64,000 nt of DNA from assembly GCA_963827985.1 (NCBI GenBank), contig CAWHDI010000023.1, forward strand, positions 26 through 64,025, written 5' to 3'. Source of the stretch: an uncultured Chloroflexia bacterium. GTDB lineage: Bacteria; Chloroflexota; Dehalococcoidia; GIF9; UBA5629. The position numbers and the translations under genes were made by a program. Position 1 is the stretch's first letter. Each line of letters begins with the position of its first letter. Below are positions 41,686-54,100 of this stretch, piece by piece. The notes beneath the pieces are model-generated. The model was not told the DNA's origin. It saw only the letters and a program-made list of their open reading frames with translations, and made no database searches.

Positions 41686-42340
41686 TAAAGCTCTTGTAGC
41701 TCGGGCAGATGCCGGCCAGAACGCACGTGCGGCACAGTGGACGCTGGGCTTTGCACGTTTTTCTGCCGTGCTCGATCAGCAAGACGTGGCAGCGATAAGT
41801 ATCTTCTGCTGGAGTTATCCGTTCCATCTCCAGGTGAGCAGCGTCCGCCGAAATCTTTTTCCCGATCAGTCCCAGCCTTCCGGCCACACGGTGGACGTGC
41901 GTGTCTACCGGGAACGCCGGCATTCCCAGCGAAAACAACAGGACGCAACTGGCAGTTTTCATGCCAACTCCAGGCAGCCTGGTTAACCAATTGCGCGCTT
42001 TCTCCACTGTCAAATCTTTCAGGAAAGTCAGATCAAAGTCACCGGTTTCCTTTTCCAGTGCCAGAAGAGCGTTTTTTATGTATTTGGCTTTTACATCCGC
42101 CAGTCCTCCGCTGCGTATTGCGGCGGCGATCTCTCCTGTATCAGCCCTCGATATCATTTTCCAGTTTTCAAAGAAATGCGTTAGCGATGCATAAGCTCTG
42201 TGCGAATTGGTATCCGATGTGTTCTGCGACAGTATCGTCAGCACCAGTTCTCCCACAGGTTCGAGCCGCTTTTTCCAGGCGCGGTCTCCATAAGCGCTGA
42301 TCAGAAGGCTGATTATTTCACGCATTTTTGGTTTATTCAT
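41678..42340 (-). CDS. nth: Endonuclease III family DNA glycosylase
   Basis: ILSQNTSD, LPGVGMKTA HhH, PVDTHV, CKAQRPLCRTCVLAGIC 4Fe-4S motif. Confidence 0.9.
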   Translation of the reverse strand: MNKPKMREIISLLISAYGDRAWKKRLEPVGELVLTILSQNTSDTNSHRAYASLTHFFENWKMISRADTGEIAAAIRSGGLADVKAKYIKNALLALEKETGDFDLTFLKDLTVEKARNWLTRLPGVGMKTASCVLLFSLGMPAFPVDTHVHRVAGRLGLIGKKISADAAHLEMERITPAEDTYRCHVLLIEHGRKTCKAQRPLCRTCVLAGICPSYKSFIK

Positions 42341-42360
42341 TTAAACTTAACCATCGACAT

Positions 42361-42498
42361 AAATTCCACATGAAATATTAAACTCTAAACAAACCCTAGA
42401 TACTAAAGTACAAATTTTGAATTTGTTTAGAACCTAGTATTTAGTGTTTGGAGTTTTCTCCCTTTGTTTGGCATTTGGAATCTGGAGCTTGGAATTTT
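42361..42498. repeat. Heptamer-built palindromic element, copy A
   Basis: aaattcca...aactctaaacaaaccctagatactaaa / tttgaatttgtttagaacctagtatttagtgtttggagtttt...ggagcttggaattt; 42416-42459 matches 56352-56395 at 41/44. Confidence 0.8.
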
Positions 42499-43806
42499 AT
42501 CCTCCTGTGCACAATCTCCTGATAATGTCTTTGTATACTTCCGTTCCTTTGACCATGCTTTTCACTGATATCTTTTCATCGATGCCATGTACGGATTTCA
42601 TGTCTTCCATCGGCACCACTGCCGGGCAGAATCCGTACGACGCTATACCCTTTTCCCTGAAAAAACGTGAGTCGGTTGCGCCCAGCATAAGGAACGGCGC
42701 TGTGATGGCGCCCGGATAGTGCTTTTTTAATACCTTTTCGATTATGCGGTAGCTTTCAGATATTGGTTTCTGAAGAATTGCCTTCGCCCCTGCTAACAAA
42801 CTCTATCTCAATTTCATTGTCGGCAAGCTGTTCTTTGACGAAATTTACCCATTCGGTAATGTTCTGGCCGGGCAGCAGTCTGGTGTCCACCTCGGCCTCG
42901 GCGTATGAAGGAATAACGTTTACCCTGCTGCCGGAGTGCAGCGAATTAAGGCTGATAGTATTTTGCAGCAACGCCCTGATACGTGGAGTATCCATCAAGC
43001 CATTCTGCTCGATAATCTTGAACAGCGTACTTTCTTTGCTATCATGCAGCATATGGTTTGAGGTAATCCAATCCTTCCGCCAGCTTCTTAAAATATTCTG
43101 CTACTATCGGCGTCACCATGCGCGGGTTTTTATGGGCCAGCAGTCTGCTTACCGCTGCTGTCAGTCTCTCCAGCGGGTTCTGGTCGTGTGGAGTTGACCC
43201 ATGCCCGGGCATCCCCTTTCGTTTAAGGCGGAACCAGCAAGGTCCTTTCTCTCCGGGCGAAATCATGGCGACAAGACGGTCAGGTATCATGCCGCTCTGC
43301 ACATAACTGCCTTCATTGAGCAGCAGTCCCGCCTTGAAATCGTCCGGATGGTCGCGCAGAAGGAATTCCACACCGCAATCAGCCCCGGATTCTTCATCCG
43401 CTGTAGCCAGGAATATCAGGTCGCAATCCGGTTTGCTGCCGCAATTCTTAATGTCCAGCATTGCCAGCAGTTGCATGATACCCAGGCATTTGGTGTCCAG
43501 TGCGCCGCGGCCGCAGATATAGCCCTCGATTATCTCTCCACCGAACGGATCGAAGCTCCATTCCTCCCTGTTGGCAGGCACTACATCCATGTGATGAAGC
43601 ATGATGATTGGCTTCTTCTTGCCGGAACCCTTGATCTCGGCGCGTATGGAGGTCCTACCCGGCCTGTACTCATAGGTCTTGCATGCAATTCCTTCAGATT
43701 GGAATATCTTCGAAAAAAAAGCGGCTGCCAGGTGCTCGTTACCGGGCGGGTTTGATGTGTTCAACCTGATATACTGGCATAGAAGGTCTACTGCAACATC
43801 GTTCAT
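42497..43806 (-). CDS. M20/M25/M40 family metallo-hydrolase, frameshifted into three ORFs
   Basis: NPPGNE, HHMDVVP, GRGALDTK, ADEE, NEG, GHGS, NVIP, GATDSR, HGIDE. Confidence 0.9.
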
Positions 43807-43973
43807 ACTATCGTCCTTACAGAATTTTGATACTTCTAAAATTATACTCTTTTGGTATTGATTCAGTGGTTTTATTTGATCGTGTACTGGAACGGACGAT
43901 ATTGTAGAAAGTTATTTGAGCTCAACAGTTGATGCTATAATTATGTGTCATTTTGCTTGGAGGTATTATAAGT

Positions 43974-44936
43974 ATGAATCAATTCGCCGGCCAAGACGAG
44001 ATCAAGGTATTTTGCGGCAATGCTCATCCTTCACTGGCCAAAGAAGTATGCGCCTATCTGGGAATACCCCTTGGCAAAATGGAGGTTTTCGAATTCAGCA
44101 ACGAGAACATATTCGTGCGCATCATGGAAAATGTGCGCGAACGTGATGTTTTTATCATCCAGCCGATTTGCTCGCCGGTCCAGAGAAACCTGGTTGAGCT
44201 GCTGATCATACTCGATGCCTTTAAGCGCGCTTCTGCCGACCGGATAACGGCTGTACTTCCCTATTACGGCTATTCACGTACGGACAAGAAAGACCAGCCC
44301 CGCGTTCCCATTACGGCGCGGTTGGTGGCCGATCTGCTTACTACGGCGGGCGCCAACCGCATACTGACGGTGGACCTGCATGCGCCGCAGATACAGGGAT
44401 TCTTCAATATCCCGGTTGATGAGCTGACTGCGCTCTCTATTCTTGAGCGATTACTGGAAGAACAAGAATTTAAAGGATGTGGTGGTGGTGGCCACCGATA
44501 TCGGCATCAGCAAACGGGCGCGTGACCTGGCTGAGAAGCTCGATGCTCCGCTGGCGATTATCGAGAAGCGCCGCCTGGGCAACCAGGATACCACTGAAAC
44601 ACTGAATATCATCGGTGACGTGAAAGGCAAGCGGGCCATCACGGTCGACGATGAGATAGATACGGCCGGTTCACTGGTCAACGCTGTTGATGCGCTTCTC
44701 AAGAGCCGGCGCCAAAGAGGTTTACTCCTGCTGCACCCATCCCGTTTTCTCCGGCCCGGCCATTGAGCGCATCTCCAAGTCTGCCTGTAAAAGAAGTGGT
44801 GGTAGCGGATACCGTTCCGGTCAATGGGTCGAAGAAACTGGATAAAATTACCGTACTGCCGATGGCGGCGCTGCTGGGCGAAGCTATCCACCGCATCCAT
44901 ACGGGTATGTCGATCGGCGCCATGTTCGAAGATTAA
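43974..44936 (+). CDS. prs: Ribose-phosphate pyrophosphokinase (frameshifts)
   Basis: [37 protein letters not shown]. Confidence 0.9.
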
Positions 44937-44944
44937 GGTAGACT

Positions 44945-47569
44945 ATGCCAAGCTGGTTAGGGAAACTATTCGATTCCAACGAAAAAGAGATAAATCGCCT
45001 TCGGCCCCTGGTAAAGGAAATCAATGCCCTTGAGCCCGAGTTCCAGAAGCTCTCTGACGATGAACTGAAAGCCAAGACCGCCGAGTTCAAAGAGCGGCTG
45101 TCCAAAGGCGAGACCCTGGACGATCTTTTGCCGGAAGCTTTTGCTGCTGTCAGGGAGGCAGCCAGGCGCACTATAGGCATGCGCCATTTTGATGTCCAGT
45201 TGATGGGCGGCATCGTTCTTCATCAGGGCAAGATAGCCGAAATGAAGACCGGCGAAGGCAAAACGCTGGTCGCCACTCTTCCCCTGTATTTAAATTCACT
45301 TGAAGGCAAAGGCTGTCACCTGGTTACTGTCAATGATTATCTGGCACGCCGCGATGCTTACTGGATGAGCCCGGTTTATCATGCGCTGGGGGTATCAGTG
45401 GCCAGCATCTACCCGGTCCAGAGTTCCGATGGCCAGCTTACCTGCGCTGAAATATGATCCCGAATATGTGAATGAGCAAGATAAGCGATGGCCTCATTTC
45501 AAGCCGGTCGGCCGGCAGGAAGCGTACCTGGCTGATATCACCTACGGCACCAATAACGAGTTTGGTTTCGATTACCTCAGGGACAATATGGCGATAGACC
45601 TCTCGCACAAGGTCCAGAGGCCGCTAAACTATGCCATAGTCGACGAGGTCGACAATATCCTGATCGATGAAGCCCGTACCCCGCTTATTATCAGCGGACA
45701 GGGAGAGGACCCGGCTCAAAAGTACTATATCTTTGCGGATCTGGTTGCGAAGCTTACGCCCGAAGACTACAAGATAGAAGAAAGGGAACGCCAGGTTTAT
45801 CTGACCGATGAGGGCAGCGCTCGTATGGAGGAGATGCTCAAACGGGCAGGGTTGTTAAAGGCGCCTGACCTGTATGACGCAGTCAACTTACACCTGACCG
45901 AGTATATGGATAATGCCCTTAAGGCGCAGGTGCTGTTCCGCCGTGACAAAGACTATATGCTCAAGAATGGTGAGGTCATCATCGTCGATGAGTTCACCGG
46001 CCGGCTGATGTTCGGCCGCAGGTATTCTGAAGGTCTGCACCAGGCCATCGAGGCCAAAGAGCATGTCAAAATCCAGAAAGAGAGCGTTACACTGGCAACC
46101 ATCACGTTCCAGAACTATTTCAGGCTTTACAAAAAACTTGCAGGCATGACCGGGACGGCGGCTACTGAGGCGGAAGAGCTGTTCAAGATATACAAACTCG
46201 ACGTTGTGGTCGATCCCGACCAATAAACCCATGATCCGTGTCGATCAGAATGACATGATCTATAAGGACGAGGACTCCAAGTTCAAGGCAATTGCGGCTG
46301 AGATCGAGAAGCTGAACAAGGACGGCAAGCCTGTGCTCATCGGCACAGTCTCCATCGAGAAGTCCGAGTTATTGGGCGACCTTCTGAAACGCAGAGGCGT
46401 TCAGCACCAGGTGCTCAATGCCAAGTACCATGAAAGGGAAGCTGAAATTATCAAGAATGCGGGACGTGCCGGCGCAGTGACGGTTGCCACCAATATGGCG
46501 GGCCGCGGCGTTGATATAATTCTGGGCGGCAAAACGCCGGAACGCGATGAGTTTGCCGACGAAAAAGAGTATCAGAGAAAGTATGACGAGTGGAAGCAGG
46601 AGCACGAAAAGGTTGATAGCCATGGGCGGCCTGCAGGTGATCGGCACAGAGCGGCATGAAGCCAGGCGCATCGACAACCAGCTTCGTGGGCGTGCCGGCA
46701 GGCAGGGTGACCCGGGCAACTCGGTGTTCTTTGTCTCGTTGGAAGACGACATTGTCAAACGCTTCGGCGGTGACCGTGTCAAAGGCGTAATGGAATGGGC
46801 CGGCATGGATGAGACCACGCACATCGAACATCCTATGATCAGCAGGGCGATTGAAAACTCCCAGGTGAAGGTGGAGGCATTCCATTTCGATATCCGCAAA
46901 CATCTGGTTGACTACGACAACGTGGTCAACAAGCACAGGGAAGTGATCTATGGCGAGCGCGACAAGATACTGCAGGGCGCCGACCTGAAGGCCAACATAC
47001 TTGATATGGTGACGGACCATATTGAGGAGCAGGTCAAAGATTCATTTGGCCGTGAGTATGAAGGTCCTGACCTGAAAGGTCTGCTGGAGAGGACCCAGGA
47101 GATATTTGCCCAGCCGATTGATATTACGGAGAACGACGTGAAGGGGCTTAACGCCAAACAAGTGAGCGAGAAACTGATCGATTATGCCTGCGAGATATAT
47201 GACGGCAAAGAGCAGGAGATCGGCCCGGACGATATGAGACTGCTTGAGCGGCTGATAATGCTGCGTATCATAGACGACCAATGGAAAGAACACCTGACCG
47301 CCATGGACCATTTGAGGCAGAGGGTCGGGCTGGAGTCGGTCCGGCAGATCGATCCGCTGGTGGTCTATAAGAAGGAGGGCGGCGCTTACTTCGATACTCT
47401 AACCGCTGCAATCAAACATAGCATCGTTCACATGATTTTCAGGACCAACCTGGAGAAGCGTGAGGCAGCACCCAGACCGCCCACTGCGCCGGTCGGAGGC
47501 AGAGTCGGCCGCAATGATCCCTGCCCCTGCGGTTCAGGCAAGAAATACAAGCACTGCCACGGAAAATAG
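44945..47569 (+). CDS. secA: Preprotein translocase subunit SecA (frameshifts)
   Basis: [66 protein letters not shown]. Confidence 0.95.
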
Positions 47570-47577
47570 AAGATAAA

Positions 47578-47690
47578 AGCCTAACAACGACCAAATCCCA
47601 AACGGTTCCTCTTGGATTCTCACCTGATGAATCATTTCGGAGTTTTTAGATTCTAGTTTCTTTGCCTTAGAGTTTAGCACCTAGAATTAT
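47578..47690. repeat. Degenerate copy of the heptamer-palindrome family
   Basis: C/A-rich arm (cctaac..ccaaatcccaaac) followed by T/G-rich arm (ggagtttttagattctag..ttagagtttagc..tagaatt) between secA and polX. Confidence 0.4.
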
Positions 47691-47704
47691 ATATAATATA
47701 CCTG

Positions 47705-49432
47705 ATGAAAAACTCCGACATCGCCGTCGTTTTCGAGAATATCGCCGACCTGCTTGAATTGAAAGGCGAAAACAAATTTAAAATTCGCGCATATTCACGC
47801 GCCGCCCAGGTGATATCCCACCTTAGAAAAGAAATGGAGCTGATGCAGGAAGAGGGCGAGGACTTCCGTGATATACCAGGGATAGGTGAGGCCATTGCAA
47901 AGAAATCCGTGGAACTGATCACTACGGGTAAGCTAAAGTTTTATGATGACCTGAAGGCGGAGTTCCCCGAGGGCATCATCAATCTGCTGGACATCCCGGG
48001 CATAGGGCCCAAAACCGCCTATCGGCTCTCCACGGAGCTTGGCGTGGGGTCCGTCGAGCAGCTTGAGCAGGCCATCAGGGATGGCAGGGTGGCTTCCCTT
48101 GATCGCATGGGGGAAAAGACGGCGGACAATATCCTGCACGCCATCGAGGCTTTCAGACGCAAGGACAGGCGTATCCCGATCGGCGAGGCCCTCCCGGCAG
48201 TGGAAGAGGTGATCGCCCAGTTGGCAAAGGTCCCGGGAGTGCAGAATCTAACAGCGGCCGGCAGCCTGAGGCGCTTTAAAGAGACGGTTGGTGACATAGA
48301 TTTAATGGGCACGGCCGATGACCCTGAATCCGTTATCAAAGCATTCGTCAAATTACCGCAGGTCAGGCAGGTATTGTCGCAGGGCCCGACCAAGGCCAGC
48401 GTGATCCTTCCGAAAGGGCTGCAGGCTGATCTCAGGATGGTTGCGCATGATGAATTCGGGTCCCTGCTGCAGCATTTCACGGGAAGCAAAGAGCACAATG
48501 TGGCTTTGCGTACCAGGACGCAGGCACAGGGTTTGAGCTTGAGCGAATATGGTATTACCGACACGAAAACCGGCGAAGTGGAAAAATTCGCTGACGAGCA
48601 CTCCTTTTACCAACGCCTCGGCCTCCAGTATATCCCTCCCGAGATAAGAGAAGATATGGGTGAGATCGACCTTGCCGCCAAAAACGCCATTCCTGCTCTG
48701 GTGGAGGTGAAAGATATTAGGGGTGATCTCCATTCGCATACCCTCGCCAGCGATGGCTTGGATTCCATCGAGGATATGGCGAAGGCTGCCAGGGCTCTTG
48801 GCTACGAGTACCTGGCGATCACTGACCACTCCAGCGGACGCATGATCCCGGCGGATAAAAAACTGGATCGCGTCAAACGGCAGACAGCCGAGATAAAGCG
48901 GATCAATGGCTCATCGCTGGGTATATATTTGCTGGATGGTGTCGAGGTGGATATCAAGGCGGACGGCAGTCTTGACCTGCCGGATGAAGTGCTGGCCGGG
49001 CTGGACATCGTGATCGGGTCGGTACACTCATCTTTCCTGCAGGACAGGGCACAGATGACCCGGCGCATCATTGGCGCTATTGAGAACCCGAATATTGATG
49101 TTATCGCTCATCCCACGTGCCGCAAGATCGGCGAAAGGGAACCGGTCGATGTTGACCTGGAAGCTGTTTACCGGGCGGCAGCCAAATACGGCAAAGTGCT
49201 GGAGATCAATGCCATGCCTGAGCGGCTCGACCTGAACGATCTGCACGCTTACCGGGCACGCGAGCTCGGCGTTACCTTGTCCGTTGGGACTGACTCACAT
49301 GCGACTGTTCATCTTGCATTAATGAAATACGGCATCGGCGTTGCCCGCCGTGCGTGGTGTCAGTCAAAAGATATCCTGAACACGCGGACTCTGAAGGACA
49401 TATTGAAGTATTTGAAGAGGGACAAGTCCTGA
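47705..49432 (+). CDS. polX: DNA polymerase/3'-5' exonuclease PolX (PolX + PHP)
   Basis: GSLRRFKETVGDID, FTGSKEHN, DLHSHT, TDHS, HPT, TDSH. Confidence 0.95.
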   Translation: MKNSDIAVVFENIADLLELKGENKFKIRAYSRAAQVISHLRKEMELMQEEGEDFRDIPGIGEAIAKKSVELITTGKLKFYDDLKAEFPEGIINLLDIPGIGPKTAYRLSTELGVGSVEQLEQAIRDGRVASLDRMGEKTADNILHAIEAFRRKDRRIPIGEALPAVEEVIAQLAKVPGVQNLTAAGSLRRFKETVGDIDLMGTADDPESVIKAFVKLPQVRQVLSQGPTKASVILPKGLQADLRMVAHDEFGSLLQHFTGSKEHNVALRTRTQAQGLSLSEYGITDTKTGEVEKFADEHSFYQRLGLQYIPPEIREDMGEIDLAAKNAIPALVEVKDIRGDLHSHTLASDGLDSIEDMAKAARALGYEYLAITDHSSGRMIPADKKLDRVKRQTAEIKRINGSSLGIYLLDGVEVDIKADGSLDLPDEVLAGLDIVIGSVHSSFLQDRAQMTRRIIGAIENPNIDVIAHPTCRKIGEREPVDVDLEAVYRAAAKYGKVLEINAMPERLDLNDLHAYRARELGVTLSVGTDSHATVHLALMKYGIGVARRAWCQSKDILNTRTLKDILKYLKRDKS

Positions 49433-49642
49433 TGATCGACGCCAAACCCTACGGGGAGGTCCTTCAGATTGATCGACTACCTGGAGGAATTGGGCAGCAA
49501 GATCGAACGGCTATACAATGAAGGGAAAGATGTTGACCGTATAAGAGATGAAATCTTCGGCGCCGAAGGTCCAATAGCCGAATTTACCCAGCAGCAATTC
49601 TCATCAGTCAACATGGTGAAATCATTTCTGAGAAAAACATGA
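49432..49642 (+). pseudogene. Gene remnant, resembling N- and C-termini of an MBL-fold hydrolase with the middle missing
   Basis: MIDAKPYGEVLQI followed out of frame by LIDYLEELGSKIERLYNEG...FSSVNMVKSFLRKT*; start overlaps polX stop and stop overlaps next ATG. Confidence 0.45.
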
Positions 49643-50340
49643 CAAACGAAACATCACCTTTTAACGAAAGCAGCGAACAGGCGGCAGCCCTTGCGGGGGA
49701 CGCCCTTGCCATTCAACATCTCCGCAGTGACGTGAGGAGCGGGCGCAACTGGTATCTCGCTTTGTTGGAAGCTATCAGGATGTGGAGAAGCCCGGAGGAA
49801 TGTTATAAAGAAGAGCAGTTTAAGTACCTGCTGGGCGGCGAGGCTTTCGATTGGCTGCGTCTAGCGGAAAGGTTGTGCGATGAGATCAGGGAATACATTC
49901 CCGAGGCCGAGTTGGTCAACCTTCTCTTCTTCGACCGGCCTCCCATAGAGATTTCGGAAGCTGAGTTCAAGGAAGCGCTGGGGCCTGCCAAGTACCGCGC
50001 CTATCTTAATTACCTTTACGGCGTGCTTATCGAGCAGGCGTTGCTGCTGGCTGCTGTCTACGAGCTCAGGAAGGGCAGAATATCTCCCTTGAACCCGGAA
50101 GACGAGATCGAACAGGCATACCGGAAAATCTACCGCGCCGGGCAGGCCGAGCTATTGGATACTTTTGAGAAAGAGATGAAATATCCCCGCCGAGTATCGC
50201 TGACTCTGACCGAGATGAAGGAGTTCACCTACTGGCTGTTCCAATATCGCATCAAGATAAGCGAGAAACCCAGAGTTGCCAGCGACACGAAAAAGGCGCT
50301 GGCCCTGATGTACCGCAAGATGTCGCCGCGAAGTTCCTAG
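49639..50340 (+). CDS. Hypothetical protein
   Basis: 233-aa open frame with natural composition (WYLALLEAI, EAFDWLRLAERL, YLNYLYG, EFTYWLF, ASDTKK). Confidence 0.7.
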   Translation: MTNETSPFNESSEQAAALAGDALAIQHLRSDVRSGRNWYLALLEAIRMWRSPEECYKEEQFKYLLGGEAFDWLRLAERLCDEIREYIPEAELVNLLFFDRPPIEISEAEFKEALGPAKYRAYLNYLYGVLIEQALLLAAVYELRKGRISPLNPEDEIEQAYRKIYRAGQAELLDTFEKEMKYPRRVSLTLTEMKEFTYWLFQYRIKISEKPRVASDTKKALALMYRKMSPRSS

Positions 50341-53002
50341 CCAAGCTGTTCCAGCTCCGTCTTCATACGGGCAGCCTTACTTTCATATTCTAGGAGCCTG
50401 CTTTTTTCCTTCTCGATTACTGCGGCAGGAGCTTTTGAAGTGAACTGCGCATCTCCCAGGCGCTGAGTGAGCCGGCCGATTTCCCTGTCCATGATTTCTA
50501 TTTCTTTGGACAGCCGTGCTTTCTCGGCCTGGATATCAACCATGCCCGCCAGGGGTATTACCACGTCGGCATCTTTCAACACGGACACCATGGCTTTCTC
50601 GGCTTTCGATGGACGTTTGTCCCTGGGGAGAATAGTAAGCGGCCTGGTCTTGGCCAGTGTTTCGATGATGCCGGACCTTGCCTTGATATCCTGCAGCAGG
50701 TTGTCGGTGTAAACGAACGATTCCACCCATTTGCCGATGTCCACCTTGTATTCGGACCTGGCGTTGCGTATGGTACGCACGATATCCATCACGGCCCCCA
50801 TGACCTGCTCAGCCTCGGGATCGAGCAGTTTCTCATTGTACTGAGGGTAAGGTGCGACGATCAGTGCGGGAGAGGTCAGCGTTCCTTCAGGCAGGCGTTC
50901 CTTCAGGTTCTGCCACAGCTCTTCCGTAATAAACGGCATAAAGGGATGGAGCAGCCGTAGTGACATCTCAAGTACATAAGCCAGCACGGGCATGGGTGAA
51001 TTAGGTTTACCCAGCCTTTGCTTGCAGATCTCGATATACCAGTCGCAGAACTCGCCCCAGATAAAATCGTGTATCTCACGCTCAGCTTCGCCGAACTGGA
51101 AGTCCTTCATCAGGACATCCACTTCTTTGCACAGCCTGCTCAGTCTCGAGATGATCCAGCGGTCTTCTGTCTCCGTCAATTTCTTAACAGCCGGGTCAGA
51201 AAACGCTTGCTTGGTGAGGGGCTCTTTCTCCAGGGACGTCAGGACGAACCTGCTGGCATTCCAAAGCTTATTGGCGAAATTTCTGCCGGCTTCAAAACGG
51301 TGCTCTCCGATATTCATATCATTTCCGGGCGCGTTGCCGGTGGTGAGGCGCGAAGCGCATTGCATCGCAGCCGTACTGGTCAATGGTGACCAGGGGGTTG
51401 ACCACATTGCCCTTCATTTTGCTCATCTTCTCGCCCTTTTCGTCCCGGATCAGGCCGTGCAGATAGACCACACGGAAAGGTATATCACCGGTGTCTTCGA
51501 TGCCCATCATGATCATGCGTACTACCCAGAAGAAAAGAATGTCGTAGCTGGTTTCCATAACTGATGTAGGATAGAAATACTTGAGGTCCTCCGTTTGGTC
51601 GGGCCAGCCCAGCGTGGAATGCGGCCATAGTCCTGAACTGAACCATGTGTCCAGCACATCAGGGTCCTGTACCAGGTCGCTGCTGCCGCATTTGTCGCAT
51701 TTCGTGGGTGTTTCTATCGAAGCGATCATCTCGCCGCATTTCTGGCAGTACCAGACTGGTATGCGGTGTCCCCACCAGAGCTGGCGGCTGATGCACCAGT
51801 CGCGGATGTTTTCCATCCAGTTAAGATAGATCTTGGTGAACCTGTCGGGGATAATCTTTATCCTGCCGTCGTTGACAGCCTCGATGGCGGGCTGTGCCAG
51901 CGGCTGAATTTTCACAAACCATTGCTTGCTGACTTCAGGCTCGAGCACGGTGGAGCATCTGAAGCAGTGAGGAATGGCATGCGAGTAGGGCTCGATCTTA
52001 TCCATCAATCCCGCTTTCTCGAAGTCCTCGACGATCTTTTTGCGGGCTTCGAAGCGGTCCAGCCCGGCATACGGGCCGGCATTCTCGTTCATGGTGGCGT
52101 CGGGATTCAGCAGATGTATTACAGGCAGGTTGTGCCTCTGGGATATCTCGAAGTCGACCGGGTCATGGGCCGGAGTTACCTTGACCATGCCCGTGCCGAA
52201 GTTCCTTATCGATAGCATTGTCGGCAATGATAGGTATGGCCCGGTTGATAAAAGGCAATATCAACTTTCTTACCGACCAGGTGGGTGTATCTTTCGTCCT
52301 CGGGATTGACCGCCACGGCGGAGTCACCCAGGTAGGTTTCCGGGCGTGTGGTGGCCACTGTAACATAGCCGCTGCCGTCCTCGTACGGATATTTCATGTG
52401 CCACATGTTGCTGGTCAGGTCTTTGCTCTGCACTTCGAGGTCGGAGAGCGCGGTCCCGCAGCGCGGGCACCAGTTGATGATGCGCTCGCCCCGATAAATC
52501 AGCCCTTTCTTATACAGGCGGACAAAGGCTGTCTTGACCGCTTTAACCGGTCCTTCATCCAGGGTAAATTTTTCCCTGTGACCAGTCGCAGGATGCGCCC
52601 AGCCGCTCGTGCTGGTGTGTGATTGTGCTGCGGGATTTACTGGACCCACTGCCAGACACGCTCTTCGAATTTTTCCCTGCCTATCTGGTGGCGGTCGAGT
52701 CCCTCTTTGGCCAGCTCCCTTTCCACCACAACCTGGGTGGCGATGCCGGCGTGGTCGACGCCCGGCAGCCACAGCGAAGGGTCGCCCAGCATCCTGTGCC
52801 AGCGCGTCATGATATCTTCGAGAGTTGCCGTCAGGGCATGGCCTACATGCAGTTCGCCCGTTACGTTGGGAGGAGGCATGATTATGGTGAACGGCTTCTT
52901 CTTCGGGTCGATCTTCGGCTTGAAGTAGCCGCCATCCATCCAGAACTTATAGCGTTCCTGTTCGACCAGCTTCGGTTCATAGGCTTTAGGTATATCAGTC
53001 AT
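50337..53002 (-). CDS. valS: Valine--tRNA ligase (frameshifts)
   Basis: [53 protein letters not shown]-terminal coiled coil. Confidence 0.95.
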
Positions 53003-53019
53003 GTGTTACCCCGGTTTTA

Positions 53020-53664
53020 TTAAATATCATCGTCGGCTTTGGGCAGTCTAAAAATGTAAGTTAACAACATTCGCACAATAAATATGCTGATCCAGCTATA
53101 CTGGGCCAACTCAACATTGACGAAGGCAATGCCAATCGACAACGTAAACACAATGGGAGAGATCAGAGTGATTATTATACCGCGTCTAATAGCGGCTTGA
53201 CCAAGCTCCTCATTCACAAGCTTGTGATTGTGAGTGGCGTAGGCCCATATTGCCACTGACATGAACCCGGCGCAGGCCATTAACGCAGCATAGACGATGA
53301 CTGACAGAACTGCCTGGTAGCTGCTCATCACGCTGGTAGAGAATGGGATAGTCACGATGAACAACAGGAATATCAGGTTCAGCCATAACAGGCGAGTGTC
53401 ATACTTCTTTATTGAGCGGAATTGCCGCACGTGCGTGAACCAGTATAGCCCGATTACAAAAAAGCTTATTAAAAAGGCGAGGTATTTGGGCCAGAGCGCA
53501 GCCAGCGCTGCCGGCAGATCGGCCTTGACTGTACCCTCCGGCACGGCAACGTTCAATATCAGCAGCGTGATGGCGAAGGCAAAAATACCATCGCTGAGCG
53601 AATTTATGCGTCCGAGAACTTTTTCGTGAGTTCCTGATTCTTCTTTCATTGGTGATCCGACCAC
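53020..53664 (-). CDS. TMEM175 family (DUF1211) membrane protein / K+ channel
   Basis: RINSLSDGIFAFAITLLIL, YWFTH, LNLIFL motifs; 6 TM. Confidence 0.85.
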   Translation of the reverse strand: MVGSPMKEESGTHEKVLGRINSLSDGIFAFAITLLILNVAVPEGTVKADLPAALAALWPKYLAFLISFFVIGLYWFTHVRQFRSIKKYDTRLLWLNLIFLLFIVTIPFSTSVMSSYQAVLSVIVYAALMACAGFMSVAIWAYATHNHKLVNEELGQAAIRRGIIITLISPIVFTLSIGIAFVNVELAQYSWISIFIVRMLLTYIFRLPKADDDI

Positions 53665-53671
53665 AATGATA

Positions 53672-53866
53672 TTAGATTTGGGGCAGTTTTGGAATGCCGA
53701 GATCGCGGCATATATCCGCGGCCGTATATTCGTTTATTTCTAAGTGCCTTGGTACGGAGGATGTTCTCAGACTGTAAATATTGTAGTAAATAGTGTGCTT
53801 CTTTCCTTCCCTCAGGATTCGGCATCCGTTGTTGCTCAGGTATCGGATCAGCTCTTTGCGCCTCAT
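53672..53866 (-). CDS. hicA: HicA family toxin
   Basis: 64 aa; LREGKKH, VPRH, ICRDLGI. Confidence 0.9.
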   Translation of the reverse strand: MRRKELIRYLSNNGCRILREGKKHTIYYNIYSLRTSSVPRHLEINEYTAADICRDLGIPKLPQI

Positions 53867-53878
53867 CCGATAGACCAG

Positions 53879-54100
53879 CTAGATATTGATTTCGATAGAT
53901 TCTTTTACCACAGGAACATCGGGATGGGAACGCTGATATAATTCCCGGTTTGACTCGATGACCAGTTGAAGGGCTTCTTTCAAGTTTTCCCTCACCTCTT
54001 TTAAAGTTCGTCCCTGCGTATTTACGCCTGGCACTTCTTCGATGTGCCCGATATACCACTTGCCTTGTTTTTCAATAACACTGGTGAATTTGCGTTTCAT
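53879..54100 (-). CDS. hicB: HicB family antitoxin (short, no DNA-binding domain)
   Basis: WYIGHIEEVPGVNTQGRTLKEVRENLKEALQLV. Confidence 0.9.
   Translation of the reverse strand: MKRKFTSVIEKQGKWYIGHIEEVPGVNTQGRTLKEVRENLKEALQLVIESNRELYQRSHPDVPVVKESIEINI

Noticed and set aside
37987-49432. Dedicated DNA-repair island (ada, nth, polX)
   Set aside because: Genes are separated by unrelated genes and on different strands; ordinary housekeeping content.
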